Below, one piece after another: positions 26,765-35,152 of a stretch of 64,000 bases of DNA. The notes under the pieces were generated by a model, which saw only the letters and a program-made list of their open reading frames with translations, ran no database searches and was not told the origin of the DNA. How positions within the stretch are numbered: position 1 is the first letter of the stretch; the number at the start of each line of letters is the position of its first letter. This stretch comes from Thermoplasmata archaeon (GTDB lineage: Archaea; Thermoplasmatota; Thermoplasmata; RBG-16-68-12): the NCBI GenBank assembly GCA_035557795.1, contig DATMDM010000037.1, positions 1,408-65,407 on the forward strand, written 5' to 3'. Both the position numbers and the translations under genes were made by a program.

Positions 26765-27073
26765 TTACGGGTGGGCCGACGTCGCGGTGAGCGCCGCCAC
26801 GAGAACCGCGACGAGGGCGAGTCCTCCGAGTGGAATCAGCGCGATCCACCGCGGCTCGTATCGCAGATGCATGTAGTACGCCACCACGAGACTTGCCTTG
26901 ATGGTCGCCAGGACGACCAGGATCGTGATCGTCTCGAGATGCGGAATCCCCAGGCTGTAGATGTTCAGTTCGGCGAGAGTCACGACCGCAAGGATGCCGA
27001 AGACGACCACGTAGGGGCGCTTCCTCGCCTCCTCATGGGGTCCTGCGGTCTCGGTTGCTGTGGCCGTCGCCAT
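26765..27073 (-). CDS. Small 2-TM membrane protein, likely heme-copper oxidase subunit IV-like, co-transcribed with coxIII
   Basis: 102 aa. Two TM helices (VVVFGILAVVTLAEL, IALIPLGGLALVAVLVAALTA). Directly downstream of coxIII on the same strand. Confidence 0.45.
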   Translation of the reverse strand: MATATATETAGPHEEARKRPYVVVFGILAVVTLAELNIYSLGIPHLETITILVVLATIKASLVVAYYMHLRYEPRWIALIPLGGLALVAVLVAALTATSAHP

Positions 27074-27081
27074 TCGTCACC

Positions 27082-27912
27082 TCAGATCAAATACACGATC
27101 GTGAAGAGGAAGATCCAGACCACATCGACAAAGTGCCAATACAATCCAACAAGCTCGACCGCTTCGTGATTCTCCTTCGTGAATCCGCCTTTGAATGCTT
27201 TTCGGGTGATGTACGCCATCGCGAGCACCCCTGCCGTCACGTGGGACCCGTGCACTCCGGTCTGCGCGTAGAACGTCGGGCCGTAGAGCGGATTCACCCC
27301 GAAGGGGGCGGTCTTGAACGTGAGCCCCTCGCCGAAGTACAGTTTCTGGTACTCGAACGCCTGGATGCTGAGAAACGTCATGCCGAGGAGCAACGTGGCC
27401 AGGAGAAAGATGCGCAGCTTTCTCTGATCGCCCCGCTCGGCCGCGGCGAGCCCTTCGACCATCGTGAGGCTGCTGCAAATCAGGATGAAGGTGTTCAAGC
27501 CGGTGAGGGGGACATTGAGGATCTCTCCCGGCTGAGCCCACGGTCCCTGGAACGCGTCCCCGAGCGTCGTCGTACGGAGTCGCAACGTCCAGGAGGCCCC
27601 GATGATCGCGGAGAAGAACATGATCTCGGTCGCCAGGAACAGCCACAGCCCGAGCTTTCGGGCGCTCACCCTCGGCAGCTTCGATTCGACGGCGGCGGCG
27701 AGCCCATAGAACGCGCTCGAAGGCCGCTGCATGTCTTGATGGATCCATCCGCCCGCGCCGCCGGCGAAGATCGCAAATCCCGCCAGGAGCATCGGGATGC
27801 TCGCGGTCACGATTCCGACGTAGGCCACGCCCATGCCTACCGCGATGATGACGGGCCACGGGCTGCCATGATGCTCCTCCTCTTCATGGCCCGCGGGCTC
27901 CGGGTGTGCCAT
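27082..27912 (-). CDS. Heme-copper (cytochrome c) oxidase subunit III
   Basis: 7-TM pattern with conserved HHxxxxPWP-like N-terminus (HHGSPWPV). LWLFLATEIMFF and HFVDVVWIFLFTIVY match CoxIII. Start at MAHPEPAGHEEEEHH (M31 of the track ORF). Confidence 0.8.
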   Translation of the reverse strand: MAHPEPAGHEEEEHHGSPWPVIIAVGMGVAYVGIVTASIPMLLAGFAIFAGGAGGWIHQDMQRPSSAFYGLAAAVESKLPRVSARKLGLWLFLATEIMFFSAIIGASWTLRLRTTTLGDAFQGPWAQPGEILNVPLTGLNTFILICSSLTMVEGLAAAERGDQRKLRIFLLATLLLGMTFLSIQAFEYQKLYFGEGLTFKTAPFGVNPLYGPTFYAQTGVHGSHVTAGVLAMAYITRKAFKGGFTKENHEAVELVGLYWHFVDVVWIFLFTIVYLI

Positions 27913-28421
27913 CGAGTACTCGGACCGGCGCAGTGCATCAATCGGGCTCCTATAACTCCTTCGGTTTTTTCCGGGCCGCATCAGTTCGGCCGGAAGACCC
28001 ATGGGTCATGGGCGAGAGTCAGGAAAAGGTCGCGGGACTTCGACCACTCGATGAGCCAGTTCGGTACGGGAATCCGTGGCCCCTCGGGGCGAAATCGCAT
28101 GAGGACGACGTGGAACCCTTGAGGGATAAAGGCATCGATGTACGTGCTGATTTCAATTCTCGGTACATAGAACGCAGCGGGACGGGACCTGATAATGGCG
28201 CGCGACATTCGCTTGGCCGACGCGATCCGAATTGCCGGAGACGGATCGGTCGGATTTTTGAACTCTACGTGCGGCGGACCTGTCGACGGAGTTTCCGCGA
28301 CGATCGACGTTGCGGACGACGTGTTGGGAACTGAAGGCGCCGCCTCCCCACGACGAAACTGCTTATACCCGCGCTCCGAATGAGGAGACGCCCGGGGTCT
28401 CCCATGCCGACGGTCCGACAC

Positions 28422-29210
28422 ATGAAGGCAAAGCTTGCCCTGATGGGAGAGGGCGGTGTCGGCAAGACCTCCCTGATCCGCCGGTTCGTCCTCAACGAGT
28501 ACCAGGACACATATCTCCACACGGTCGGGACCCGAGTGAGTAAGGTCGAGCTCACGGTTCCACACGGCGCTGACACCGAGGTCCAGATGGACATGTCGAT
28601 CTTCGACATCATGGGCCAGCGGGGATTCAAGGACCTCGTCCGGGAGACGTACTACCATGGCTCCCAGGCCCTGATGGGCGTCTGTGATCTCACGCGGAAG
28701 GACAGCCTGTACGCCCTGAACGAATGGATTCCCTCCGCGCTCGAGATTGCGGGCGACGTCCCGGTTTACCTGGTCGTGAACAAGAAAGACCTCGAGGAGC
28801 GCCGGGCGATCACCGAGGACGAGATCCGCCATGTCGCCGAAGCGTTTGCCGCTCCGATCGTGTACACATCGGCGCGGACCGGCACCTTCGTGGAGGACGC
28901 CTTCAACGCGCTGGCGATCGAGATCGTCGACCGCGCGTTCCGGCAGGATGCGGCCCGGGCGGTCGAGCGCGGCCTTCGAGACAAGGTCCTGGTGCTCCTC
29001 GACAAGCGCGGCTCGATTGGATTGAAGAAGAACCAGTTCTTCGAGATCCTCCGAGGCGTGAACTTCGACGACCTGCAGAGCGAGCTCGCTCGCCTCGAGG
29101 GAGAAGGCCTCCTGACGCTACTGTGGCACGGCACCTCGGACTTCACCGCGGTGATTACTCCACGCGGGACCGCGGCCACCAAACGGGCGTCGTCATGGGA
29201 AGAGGAGTGA
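28422..29210 (+). CDS. Ras-superfamily small GTPase (Rab/Arf-like) with a C-terminal winged-helix-like extension
   Basis: G1 GEGGVGKTS, G3 DIMGQ, G4 NKKD, G5 TSAR. A ~90-aa C-terminal tail (LVLLDKRGSIGLKKNQFFEILRGV..LARLEGEGLLTLLW) looks wHTH-like. Start at M15 (MKAKLALMGEGG). Confidence 0.75.
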   Translation: MKAKLALMGEGGVGKTSLIRRFVLNEYQDTYLHTVGTRVSKVELTVPHGADTEVQMDMSIFDIMGQRGFKDLVRETYYHGSQALMGVCDLTRKDSLYALNEWIPSALEIAGDVPVYLVVNKKDLEERRAITEDEIRHVAEAFAAPIVYTSARTGTFVEDAFNALAIEIVDRAFRQDAARAVERGLRDKVLVLLDKRGSIGLKKNQFFEILRGVNFDDLQSELARLEGEGLLTLLWHGTSDFTAVITPRGTAATKRASSWEEE

Positions 29211-29262
29211 GCAGACCGCTCCGCGAGGTGAGCCCACGAAGAAGGTCCAGCTCGAGCGGATC

Positions 29263-29838
29263 TTGGAGTCCCTCGATCCGCTCATGAATCCGGCGCCGTC
29301 CGCGGAGCAATATCCGACGCCCGCGGGGATCGCGGCCGAGGTCGTCTACCTCGCTCACGCGAAAGGCGACATCCAGGGTCGGTCGGTCGTGGACCTCGGA
29401 TGCGGGAACGGTGTGCTCGCGATCGCCGCGAAACTTCTCGGCGCCGGACCCGTGGCGGGCGTGGACTCAGATCCATTGGCCGTGGAGGTCGCGCGGCGGA
29501 ACGCGGAACGTGCACGGGTCGACGTCGCCTGGCGCCTCGTCGATGTCCAAGCCATCCATGAGTCCTTCGACACCGTCCTCATGAATCCACCGTTCGGTTC
29601 TCAGAGGCGGCATGCAGATCGTCCATTCCTGGACGCCGCGCTCGCATCGGGCCGCGTCGTCTACACGTTCCTGAACGCGAAGGCCGAAGCATATGTGCGG
29701 CATCGCATCGAGTCCGCGGCCGGGAAGATCACCGACCGTCTCGCGTATGCGTTTCCGATTCCCCACACCTTCGCCTTCCATCGGGACGAGCTTCGCCGGA
29801 TCGAGGTCGTCCTCTATCGTCTTGAAGTGGGGAAGTGA
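29263..29838 (+). CDS. METTL5-like SAM-dependent (RNA N6-adenine) methyltransferase. Start codon uncertain (TTG at 29263 or ATG at 29284).
   Basis: VVDLGCGNGVLAIAA (motif I) and NPPFG (motif IV). The in-frame upstream stop at 29152 leaves only TTG/ATG candidates. Confidence 0.65.
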   Translation: MESLDPLMNPAPSAEQYPTPAGIAAEVVYLAHAKGDIQGRSVVDLGCGNGVLAIAAKLLGAGPVAGVDSDPLAVEVARRNAERARVDVAWRLVDVQAIHESFDTVLMNPPFGSQRRHADRPFLDAALASGRVVYTFLNAKAEAYVRHRIESAAGKITDRLAYAFPIPHTFAFHRDELRRIEVVLYRLEVGK

Positions 29839-30650
29839 TAAATACCGACGGCTCTACTCCGTGCGACCCGCAGGAGTCGATGGACCGGATGGAGCCAAAG
29901 ATGGTCCTCCCGGGCGATGAGATCGCCGTCGCGGAGGAATTCGAGCCCGGGGAAGGGACCTACGAGCGGAATGGGCTTGTGTTCGCGGCGACGCCGGGTG
30001 TCCTCATCCTCGACCCGGAAAACCGCGTCGCGCGGGTGCGGGCGTTCAACCCGCCCGCGGAGCTCAAAGTCGGGGACATCGTGTACGGCGTCGTGGACGA
30101 CATTCGCGGCATGATGGCGACCGCGACGATCCTCGCGATCCATGGACGGACGCGCCAGATCAGCGGCGAATCGGAGGGGACGATCCACATCTCGAACGTA
30201 TCGGAAGAGTACACCGAGGACATTCGCGACATGTTCCGCCTCGGGGACATCATCCGCGCCAAGGTGATTCAGGTCAAGCCGTCGGTCCAGCTCACGACGG
30301 CGGAGCGGAATCTTGGGGTCGTGAAGGCTCTCTGTTCGATCTGCCGAGGGCCTCTCGAGCTCCGGGATCGGGAACTCTACTGCCCGCGGGACGAGCGCAC
30401 GGAACGGCGGAAGCTCGCGGCCGACTACGCAGACTTGAGGCTCTTTGTGCCCGCGACCGAACTCGGCGGTGGGAAGGTCGAGGCGAAACATCGGGAGCCT
30501 CGGAGCGAGGGTCAGGATCGCGGTGGACGAGATCGAGATCGGGGCGGGGGGCGCGATCGGTACCGAGACCGAGGCGGGGGCCGAGGTCGCGACGGACGCG
30601 GTCCTGGCGGCCGCGGCGGAAGGGATCGAGACCGCGGGCGACGTCGGTAA
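29835..30650 (+). CDS. csl4: Exosome RNA-binding subunit Csl4 (S1 + Zn-ribbon) with an RG/RGG-rich C-terminal tail
   Basis: VLPGDEI..GEGTY...VGDIVYGVV...GTIHISNVSEEY..FRLGDIIRAKVI...LTTAERNLGVV.ALCSICRG.L.....YCP, then about 50 residues of RDRGGGRDRYRDRGGGRGRDGRGPGGRGGRDRDRGRRR. GTG at 29835 overlaps the upstream stop (GTGA). Alternative ATG starts are at 29880-29900. Confidence 0.75.
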   Translation: MINTDGSTPCDPQESMDRMEPKMVLPGDEIAVAEEFEPGEGTYERNGLVFAATPGVLILDPENRVARVRAFNPPAELKVGDIVYGVVDDIRGMMATATILAIHGRTRQISGESEGTIHISNVSEEYTEDIRDMFRLGDIIRAKVIQVKPSVQLTTAERNLGVVKALCSICRGPLELRDRELYCPRDERTERRKLAADYADLRLFVPATELGGGKVEAKHREPRSEGQDRGGRDRDRGGGRDRYRDRGGGRGRDGRGPGGRGGRDRDRGRRR

Positions 30651-30755
30651 AACCGTCGCAAATGCGGTGACCGTTCCGTTCCGAGAATTAGCATCAAGAA
30701 TCGAAGGCAAAAAGATATGAACCTACCCTGTGATAGCACGGGTTAGAGGTTGTGA

Positions 30756-30920
30756 ATGCCTGCTTCCAACGAGGAAGTGATGAAGGAGTTGGCGCGCCTC
30801 CGGACGGAGATTCAACAGCTCCGCGAGGTCGTCAGCGCGCTCTTCAACGCGGTCTTCGAGGAAGGGGACGAGGACTGGGACTCGGTCCCGGAGAAGGACG
30901 AATTCAACCTCTACAACTGA
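30756..30920 (+). CDS. Small acidic protein (54 aa), hypothetical
   Basis: A GAGGT Shine-Dalgarno-like sequence sits 6 nt before the ATG. MPASNEEVMKELARLRTEIQQLREVVSALFNAVFEEGDEDWDSVPEKDEFNLYN. Below the track's size cut-off. Confidence 0.3.
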   Translation: MPASNEEVMKELARLRTEIQQLREVVSALFNAVFEEGDEDWDSVPEKDEFNLYN

Positions 30921-31427
30921 TCCTTCGCGGTCTTCGGAATCTCGAACGTTTCAAGATCGGGGCGCGTGACTCCTCCTCACGGGCTCGACAATCAGACCAT
31001 CTGGCTTAATTGACGCATCCGCTCCATCGCTCCGCGACAGAACGAACCCAGGTCGCGGAGGGCGATGAGGACCGCAATTGCGAGGACAAACCCGAGATCC
31101 AAAACCCCCGTCCGGAACCAGGAGAGGAGGCTCACGACGACGAGAAACGAGCGTGAGGATCGTCAAGATCGTGAAGTCCCTTGCAAGCCGGGCGAGTGCG
31201 TTCTCCATCGTGAGCCACGCGGACGGTACGGTAGACACCATTGAATCCATTCTGTTCCCCGTTGCTCATCATCGCCAACGCGAAAGAGCTTTCCGCAAGA
31301 CGGAGCTCGATCCGCTTTGGCGCGTTCTTCGCAATTCACCGCGTCGCTCCGATCGCACTGAGCGAACCCGAGGGCAACAACTGAGTGCGGGGCGAAAGGC
31401 CATAAGTCGGCCGCCCTTTCGTGACGT

Positions 31428-32438
31428 GTGCCTTCACCCAATCGATATCGTCGTCAGGAAGTCCTTCCCGAGATCGGTGTAAAGGGCCAGCGAGAGCTCG
31501 CCCGGGCACGGGCCGCCGTGATCGGTTTGGGCGCCCTGGGAAGCATTTCCTCCGACCTGCTCGCCCGGGCGGGGGTCGGGCATCTCCGGCTGGTCGATCG
31601 AGACGTCGTCGAGCTCACGAATCTCCAGCGGCAGTCGCTGTACTCCGAATCGGACGTGGACCGGCCGAAGGCAGACGCCGCCGCGGAGCGCCTCCGTTCC
31701 GTGAACTCGCAAATCGAGATCGAGCCGCTCTCGAAGGATGTCCACACGGCGACGGTCCGGGACCTCCTGCGCGACACCGACATCGTCGTCGACGGAACGG
31801 ACAATCTCGAGACTCGGTTCTTGGTCAACGAGGCGGCGATCGAGGCGAACGTCCCGTTCGTGTACGGCGGGGCCATCGCGACGTACGGGATGGCGTTCGC
31901 GATTCGCACTCCGGTCACCGCCTGTTTCCGTTGTTTCAACCCGAAGGCGCCTCCACCGGGAAGTCTCCCGACGTGCGAGACTGCGGGCATCTTCAACGCG
32001 GCCTCCGCCATGGTGGGGGCGATTCAGGCGGGCGAGGCGCTTCGGCTGCTGCTTGGAGAGACCCCATCCGGGGTCCTCTTTGTGGTCGACGGATGGCATC
32101 CGGACATCCAGAGGATTCGCATCGGGCGCCGCTCCGATTGTCCGACTTGCGTCCAGGGGGAACGCGAGTACCTGGGCGCGAAGCGGATGCAGGTCCTGGC
32201 TTCGCTCTGCGGGAGCGATACGATTTCCCTCGATCCGGTCCATCACGGCTCGATCGACATGGAGGCCGTCGCGGATCGCCTGGTGGCCCTCGGGTCGACG
32301 CGTCGAGCGGGCGGGGTGCTCGTCGCGGACGTGGAGGGCCGCCGCCTCACGATCTTCCCCGATGGCCGCGCTTTGATCCGCGGCGTGAAGAACGAGGCGG
32401 AGGCCCGCGGGGTCTACGCGAAGTACGTGGGGATTTGA
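31428..32438 (+). CDS. E1-like ThiF/MoeB/HesA-family adenylyltransferase with an extra ~85-aa C-terminal domain
   Basis: Gly-rich nucleotide loop VIGLGALGS. Zn motifs CFRC...CPTC. Conserved Cys in PTCETAGI. GTG start immediately after an in-frame TGA. The C-terminal domain (ISLDPVHHGSIDMEAVADRLVALG...LTIFPDGRALIRGVKNEAEARGVYAKYVG) is paralogous to ORF 33102..33386. Confidence 0.8.
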   Translation: MPSPNRYRRQEVLPEIGVKGQRELARARAAVIGLGALGSISSDLLARAGVGHLRLVDRDVVELTNLQRQSLYSESDVDRPKADAAAERLRSVNSQIEIEPLSKDVHTATVRDLLRDTDIVVDGTDNLETRFLVNEAAIEANVPFVYGGAIATYGMAFAIRTPVTACFRCFNPKAPPPGSLPTCETAGIFNAASAMVGAIQAGEALRLLLGETPSGVLFVVDGWHPDIQRIRIGRRSDCPTCVQGEREYLGAKRMQVLASLCGSDTISLDPVHHGSIDMEAVADRLVALGSTRRAGGVLVADVEGRRLTIFPDGRALIRGVKNEAEARGVYAKYVGI

Positions 32439-32439
32439 C

Positions 32440-33105
32440 GTGGCACGCCGGGGCCTGCTCTTGCTCAGCGGCGGATTCGACAGTCCCGTCGCCGGCCACC
32501 TCATGGCCCGTCAGGGCCTCGACCTCATCGCGGCCCACTTCTCTCTGGAGCCAATCACCGACGATGCCGCCGCGATGAAGGCGCGAACCTTGTGCGGGAT
32601 CCTGCGGATCCCTTCGTTGTACGTCGTTCGGGTGGGAGAGGCGTTCGCGGAGGTCGCCAAGGAAGCGAACCGCCGCTTCTACTTCGTCCTGACCAAGCGT
32701 CTGATGGTGCGACTGGCCGACGCCATTGCGGACCTTGAAGGCGCCGAGGTCCTCGTGACCGGGGAGAACTTGGGTCAGGTCTCGAGCCAGACCGTCGCGA
32801 GCCTGCGAGCGATCGACGCCGTGGCCCACCACCCGATTCTTCGGCCTCTGATCGGTTTTGACAAGCAGGAAATCGTGGACCGGGCCAAGTTGATCGGCAC
32901 CTACGAGGTGTCGAAGGGGCCTGAGATCTGCGACCTTCTCGGGCCTCCGCGTCCCTCGACCCATGCGCGCTTGGACCAGATCCTCGCCGAGGAGACGAAG
33001 CTGGACCTGCCTGAGCTCGTTTCGTCCTGTCTCTCGAAGCTAGCGTCGGAAAAGTTCAAGGCCAACGGTCCTCCTGCACCGCTCCCTCCGAGGACGGCCG
33101 GATGA
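32440..33105 (+). CDS. ThiI-like PP-loop ATP pyrophosphatase (sulfurtransferase) lacking THUMP/NFLD domains
   Basis: N-terminal SGGFDSPVAG PP-loop, of the ThiI type. 221 aa. Starts 2 nt after the ThiF-like stop. Confidence 0.7.
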   Translation: MARRGLLLLSGGFDSPVAGHLMARQGLDLIAAHFSLEPITDDAAAMKARTLCGILRIPSLYVVRVGEAFAEVAKEANRRFYFVLTKRLMVRLADAIADLEGAEVLVTGENLGQVSSQTVASLRAIDAVAHHPILRPLIGFDKQEIVDRAKLIGTYEVSKGPEICDLLGPPRPSTHARLDQILAEETKLDLPELVSSCLSKLASEKFKANGPPAPLPPRTAG

Positions 33106-33386
33106 GCTACTACCTGTTGAAGCCGTGTCGCACGGCCACCGCGTTCATCTCCACGTTGAAGAAGCCGTGGCGGGTCGATCTGACGGAGGCCGCCGAGCGC
33201 CTGCGGAGCCGCGGCTGGCGGGTCAGCGACGTGAAAGTCATGCTGATCCTCGAAGGAGAGCCGGAACTCACCCTGTACGAGAGCGGCAAGATCCTCGCGA
33301 AGACGGATGATGAGAAGCTGGCGCGAGAAGCGATCGACCGCGTGTATGGAGCGGTCGGCCTCGTCGCGCCAATTGCCGCCGCATGA
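33102..33386 (+). CDS. Small protein (94 aa) paralogous to the C-terminal domain of the ThiF-like protein
   Basis: ATGA overlap with the upstream stop. Alignment ISTLKKPWRVDLTEAAERLRSRG / ISLDPVHHGSIDMEAVADRLVALG and LTLYESGKILAKTDDEKLAREAIDRVYGAVG / LTIFPDGRALIRGVKNEAEARGVYAKYVG. Confidence 0.5.
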   Translation: MSYYLLKPCRTATAFISTLKKPWRVDLTEAAERLRSRGWRVSDVKVMLILEGEPELTLYESGKILAKTDDEKLAREAIDRVYGAVGLVAPIAAA

Positions 33387-33420
33387 CGCTCTCGTTATTG
33401 AACGCGGGAAGTTCCGAGAA

Positions 33421-33428
33421 TCTATATA
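33421..33428 (+). promoter_or_regulatory. TATA box (TCTATATA) 37-44 nt upstream of the ATG of ORF 33465. A GGAGGAGG SD-like sequence lies at 33453-33460.
   Basis: Seen directly. Confidence 0.35.
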
Positions 33429-33464
33429 CCCCTCCCCGCGAATGATAGTCGCGGAGGAGGACCG

Positions 33465-33980
33465 ATGAGGCCGCGCACCGTGTTTGCCATGGCGGTCGCC
33501 GGCCTACTTCTCATCGGCGGGATTGCGTTCTTGGGTTCCGTCACGTCGGGAACGCTCTACGTGTACGTCCGCGATGCGCCGGCCGAGTGGAAGCAGTTGA
33601 ACGTCGTGTTCTCGGACATCCAAGTCCATCGCGCGGATGCGGGGAACGAGAGCGGTTGGATCCATCTCCCACTGTCCTCCCCGACCATCGATTTCGTCGC
33701 CCTCGCGAATCTCACGAGGCTCCTCGCGTTGGACCGCGCTCCCGCGGGAAAGTACACCCAGCTCCGGCTCGTCGTGAATTCGGTGGACGGGGTTCTGAGC
33801 GACGGCACCCCCGTCACGCTCATTGTCCCGAGTGGCGAGCTCAAGACCACCACGCCGTTCGACGTACCTGGGAGCGGGGCCGTTCGCGTCACGCTGGACT
33901 TCGACCTCGCCAGTTCGATCCATTCGGCCGGTGGAAAGTGGATCTTCCGCCCGGTCCTCGGCTCGATTCAGATCAGCTGA
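33465..33980 (+). CDS. Secreted/membrane-anchored hypothetical protein (DUF4382-like)
   Basis: N-terminal signal anchor VFAMAVAGLLLIGGIAFLG followed by a beta-rich domain. Confidence 0.5.
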   Translation: MRPRTVFAMAVAGLLLIGGIAFLGSVTSGTLYVYVRDAPAEWKQLNVVFSDIQVHRADAGNESGWIHLPLSSPTIDFVALANLTRLLALDRAPAGKYTQLRLVVNSVDGVLSDGTPVTLIVPSGELKTTTPFDVPGSGAVRVTLDFDLASSIHSAGGKWIFRPVLGSIQIS

Positions 33981-34008
33981 GGCGACGGACGACGCGAGGG
34001 TTCCTCGG

Positions 34009-35106
34009 TCATCCGCGGTACGCGATGAGGACGAGATCCACGATGAACAACAGGACGACAAGGAACTCGAGGATGAGGAGCCGCCGGGCTTCGAGTTCGG
34101 CCTCCGCGACTTCGTAGATCTCGCTGAGGTCTTTCATCTTCTCCTCCACGTTCCTCCGCCATGAGTCGAGCTCGAATTTCTTCGCACATGCCCGGTAGAC
34201 TTTGCCGAGGAACCAGTCCCCCCAGAGCTTCGAGATGTTGTCGACCTGGAACGACGCCTCCGCGAGGTCCATGCGCACCTCCGCCAACTCCTTCACAGTG
34301 TCGTGTCCGCTCCGCAGCAACGAGCTGCGCGCGAAGAGGTCCTCGAGATCGTCGTACGCTTTGTCGACGACTTTGTCCAGGAACGCATCGTAGGTGCGCA
34401 ACTCGAGCAGCTGAAGGTTCGCGAGTTCGAAGACGGTGAGCGTATCCTCATACGACGCGCTCGGCTCGATGACCAGGGCCGCATCCCAGTCGAGCACGAC
34501 CAGGTCGTCCTGGTAATACGAGAACCAGTTGCGCCAGGTGTCTTCGACCTCCTCGTCGCTGATCGCGTCCGGCCGTGGGTCGTTCGCGAGGAGGGCCGTG
34601 ACCTCACGTCGCCACGCTGTGGTGAAGACGCGCACGGGGGTTTCGGTGACGGACACGCAGTACACGGTGTACGGCTCCGGGTCCACGTTGACCTCGTAGG
34701 AGTCATGGAGGAACGGCACGAGGTCCTCGATGATCCGCGCGACGAGACGTCCACAATACGCGTCCAGGGTCTCCTCCTTGTCGGCGGCCCGGATTCGGAG
34801 GCCCGCGAATGGCCGGAGGTCGCGGAGGACGCTCGTTTCGAACGGCGTGCGGACGACGACGGCGAGGGCGCCGACGCCGTAGAGCTTCACCGCGATGGAG
34901 GCGACCAACGATCCGACGTTTGTTTCGAGCGTGCGCTGGTCCACGTAGACGAGCAGGGGCGCGGCGAACCGGGCGTATTTCGGGGTCGCCCGCTCGGAAA
35001 GCATCCGTCCGGCGAGGAACGGCATGTCCACCGTCCCCTGGATTTCGTCGAGATCGACCGACGCTCCCAAATCGAAGAGCCGGTAGCAAACGACCTCCCC
35101 CTTCAT
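34009..35106 (-). CDS. Hypothetical protein with a C-terminal TM helix, possibly Rmd1/YagE (DUF155) family
   Basis: Track ORF 34009..35127. Start at MKGEVVCYRLFDLG. C-terminus LILEFLVVLLFIVDLVLIAY. Confidence 0.4.
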   Translation of the reverse strand: MKGEVVCYRLFDLGASVDLDEIQGTVDMPFLAGRMLSERATPKYARFAAPLLVYVDQRTLETNVGSLVASIAVKLYGVGALAVVVRTPFETSVLRDLRPFAGLRIRAADKEETLDAYCGRLVARIIEDLVPFLHDSYEVNVDPEPYTVYCVSVTETPVRVFTTAWRREVTALLANDPRPDAISDEEVEDTWRNWFSYYQDDLVVLDWDAALVIEPSASYEDTLTVFELANLQLLELRTYDAFLDKVVDKAYDDLEDLFARSSLLRSGHDTVKELAEVRMDLAEASFQVDNISKLWGDWFLGKVYRACAKKFELDSWRRNVEEKMKDLSEIYEVAEAELEARRLLILEFLVVLLFIVDLVLIAYRG

Positions 35107-35152
35107 CGGGCCCGCGCAAGTTGGCAAGGGGACTTAAGGGCTCCGGTAGTGC

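Noticed and set aside
27055-28122. 355-aa + ORF and 260-aa minus ORF (27077-27859) over coxIII
   Set aside because: coxIII in the 27082-27912 minus frame has the expected 7-TM profile and conserved motifs. The others are shadows.
31250-31427. Possible TPP riboswitch upstream of the thiF/thiI-like cluster
   Set aside because: CUGAG-containing segments are present, but the Thi-box core (CUGAGA...ACCUGAUCUGGAUAAUGCCAGCG) is not. The match is too weak to call without a covariance-model search.
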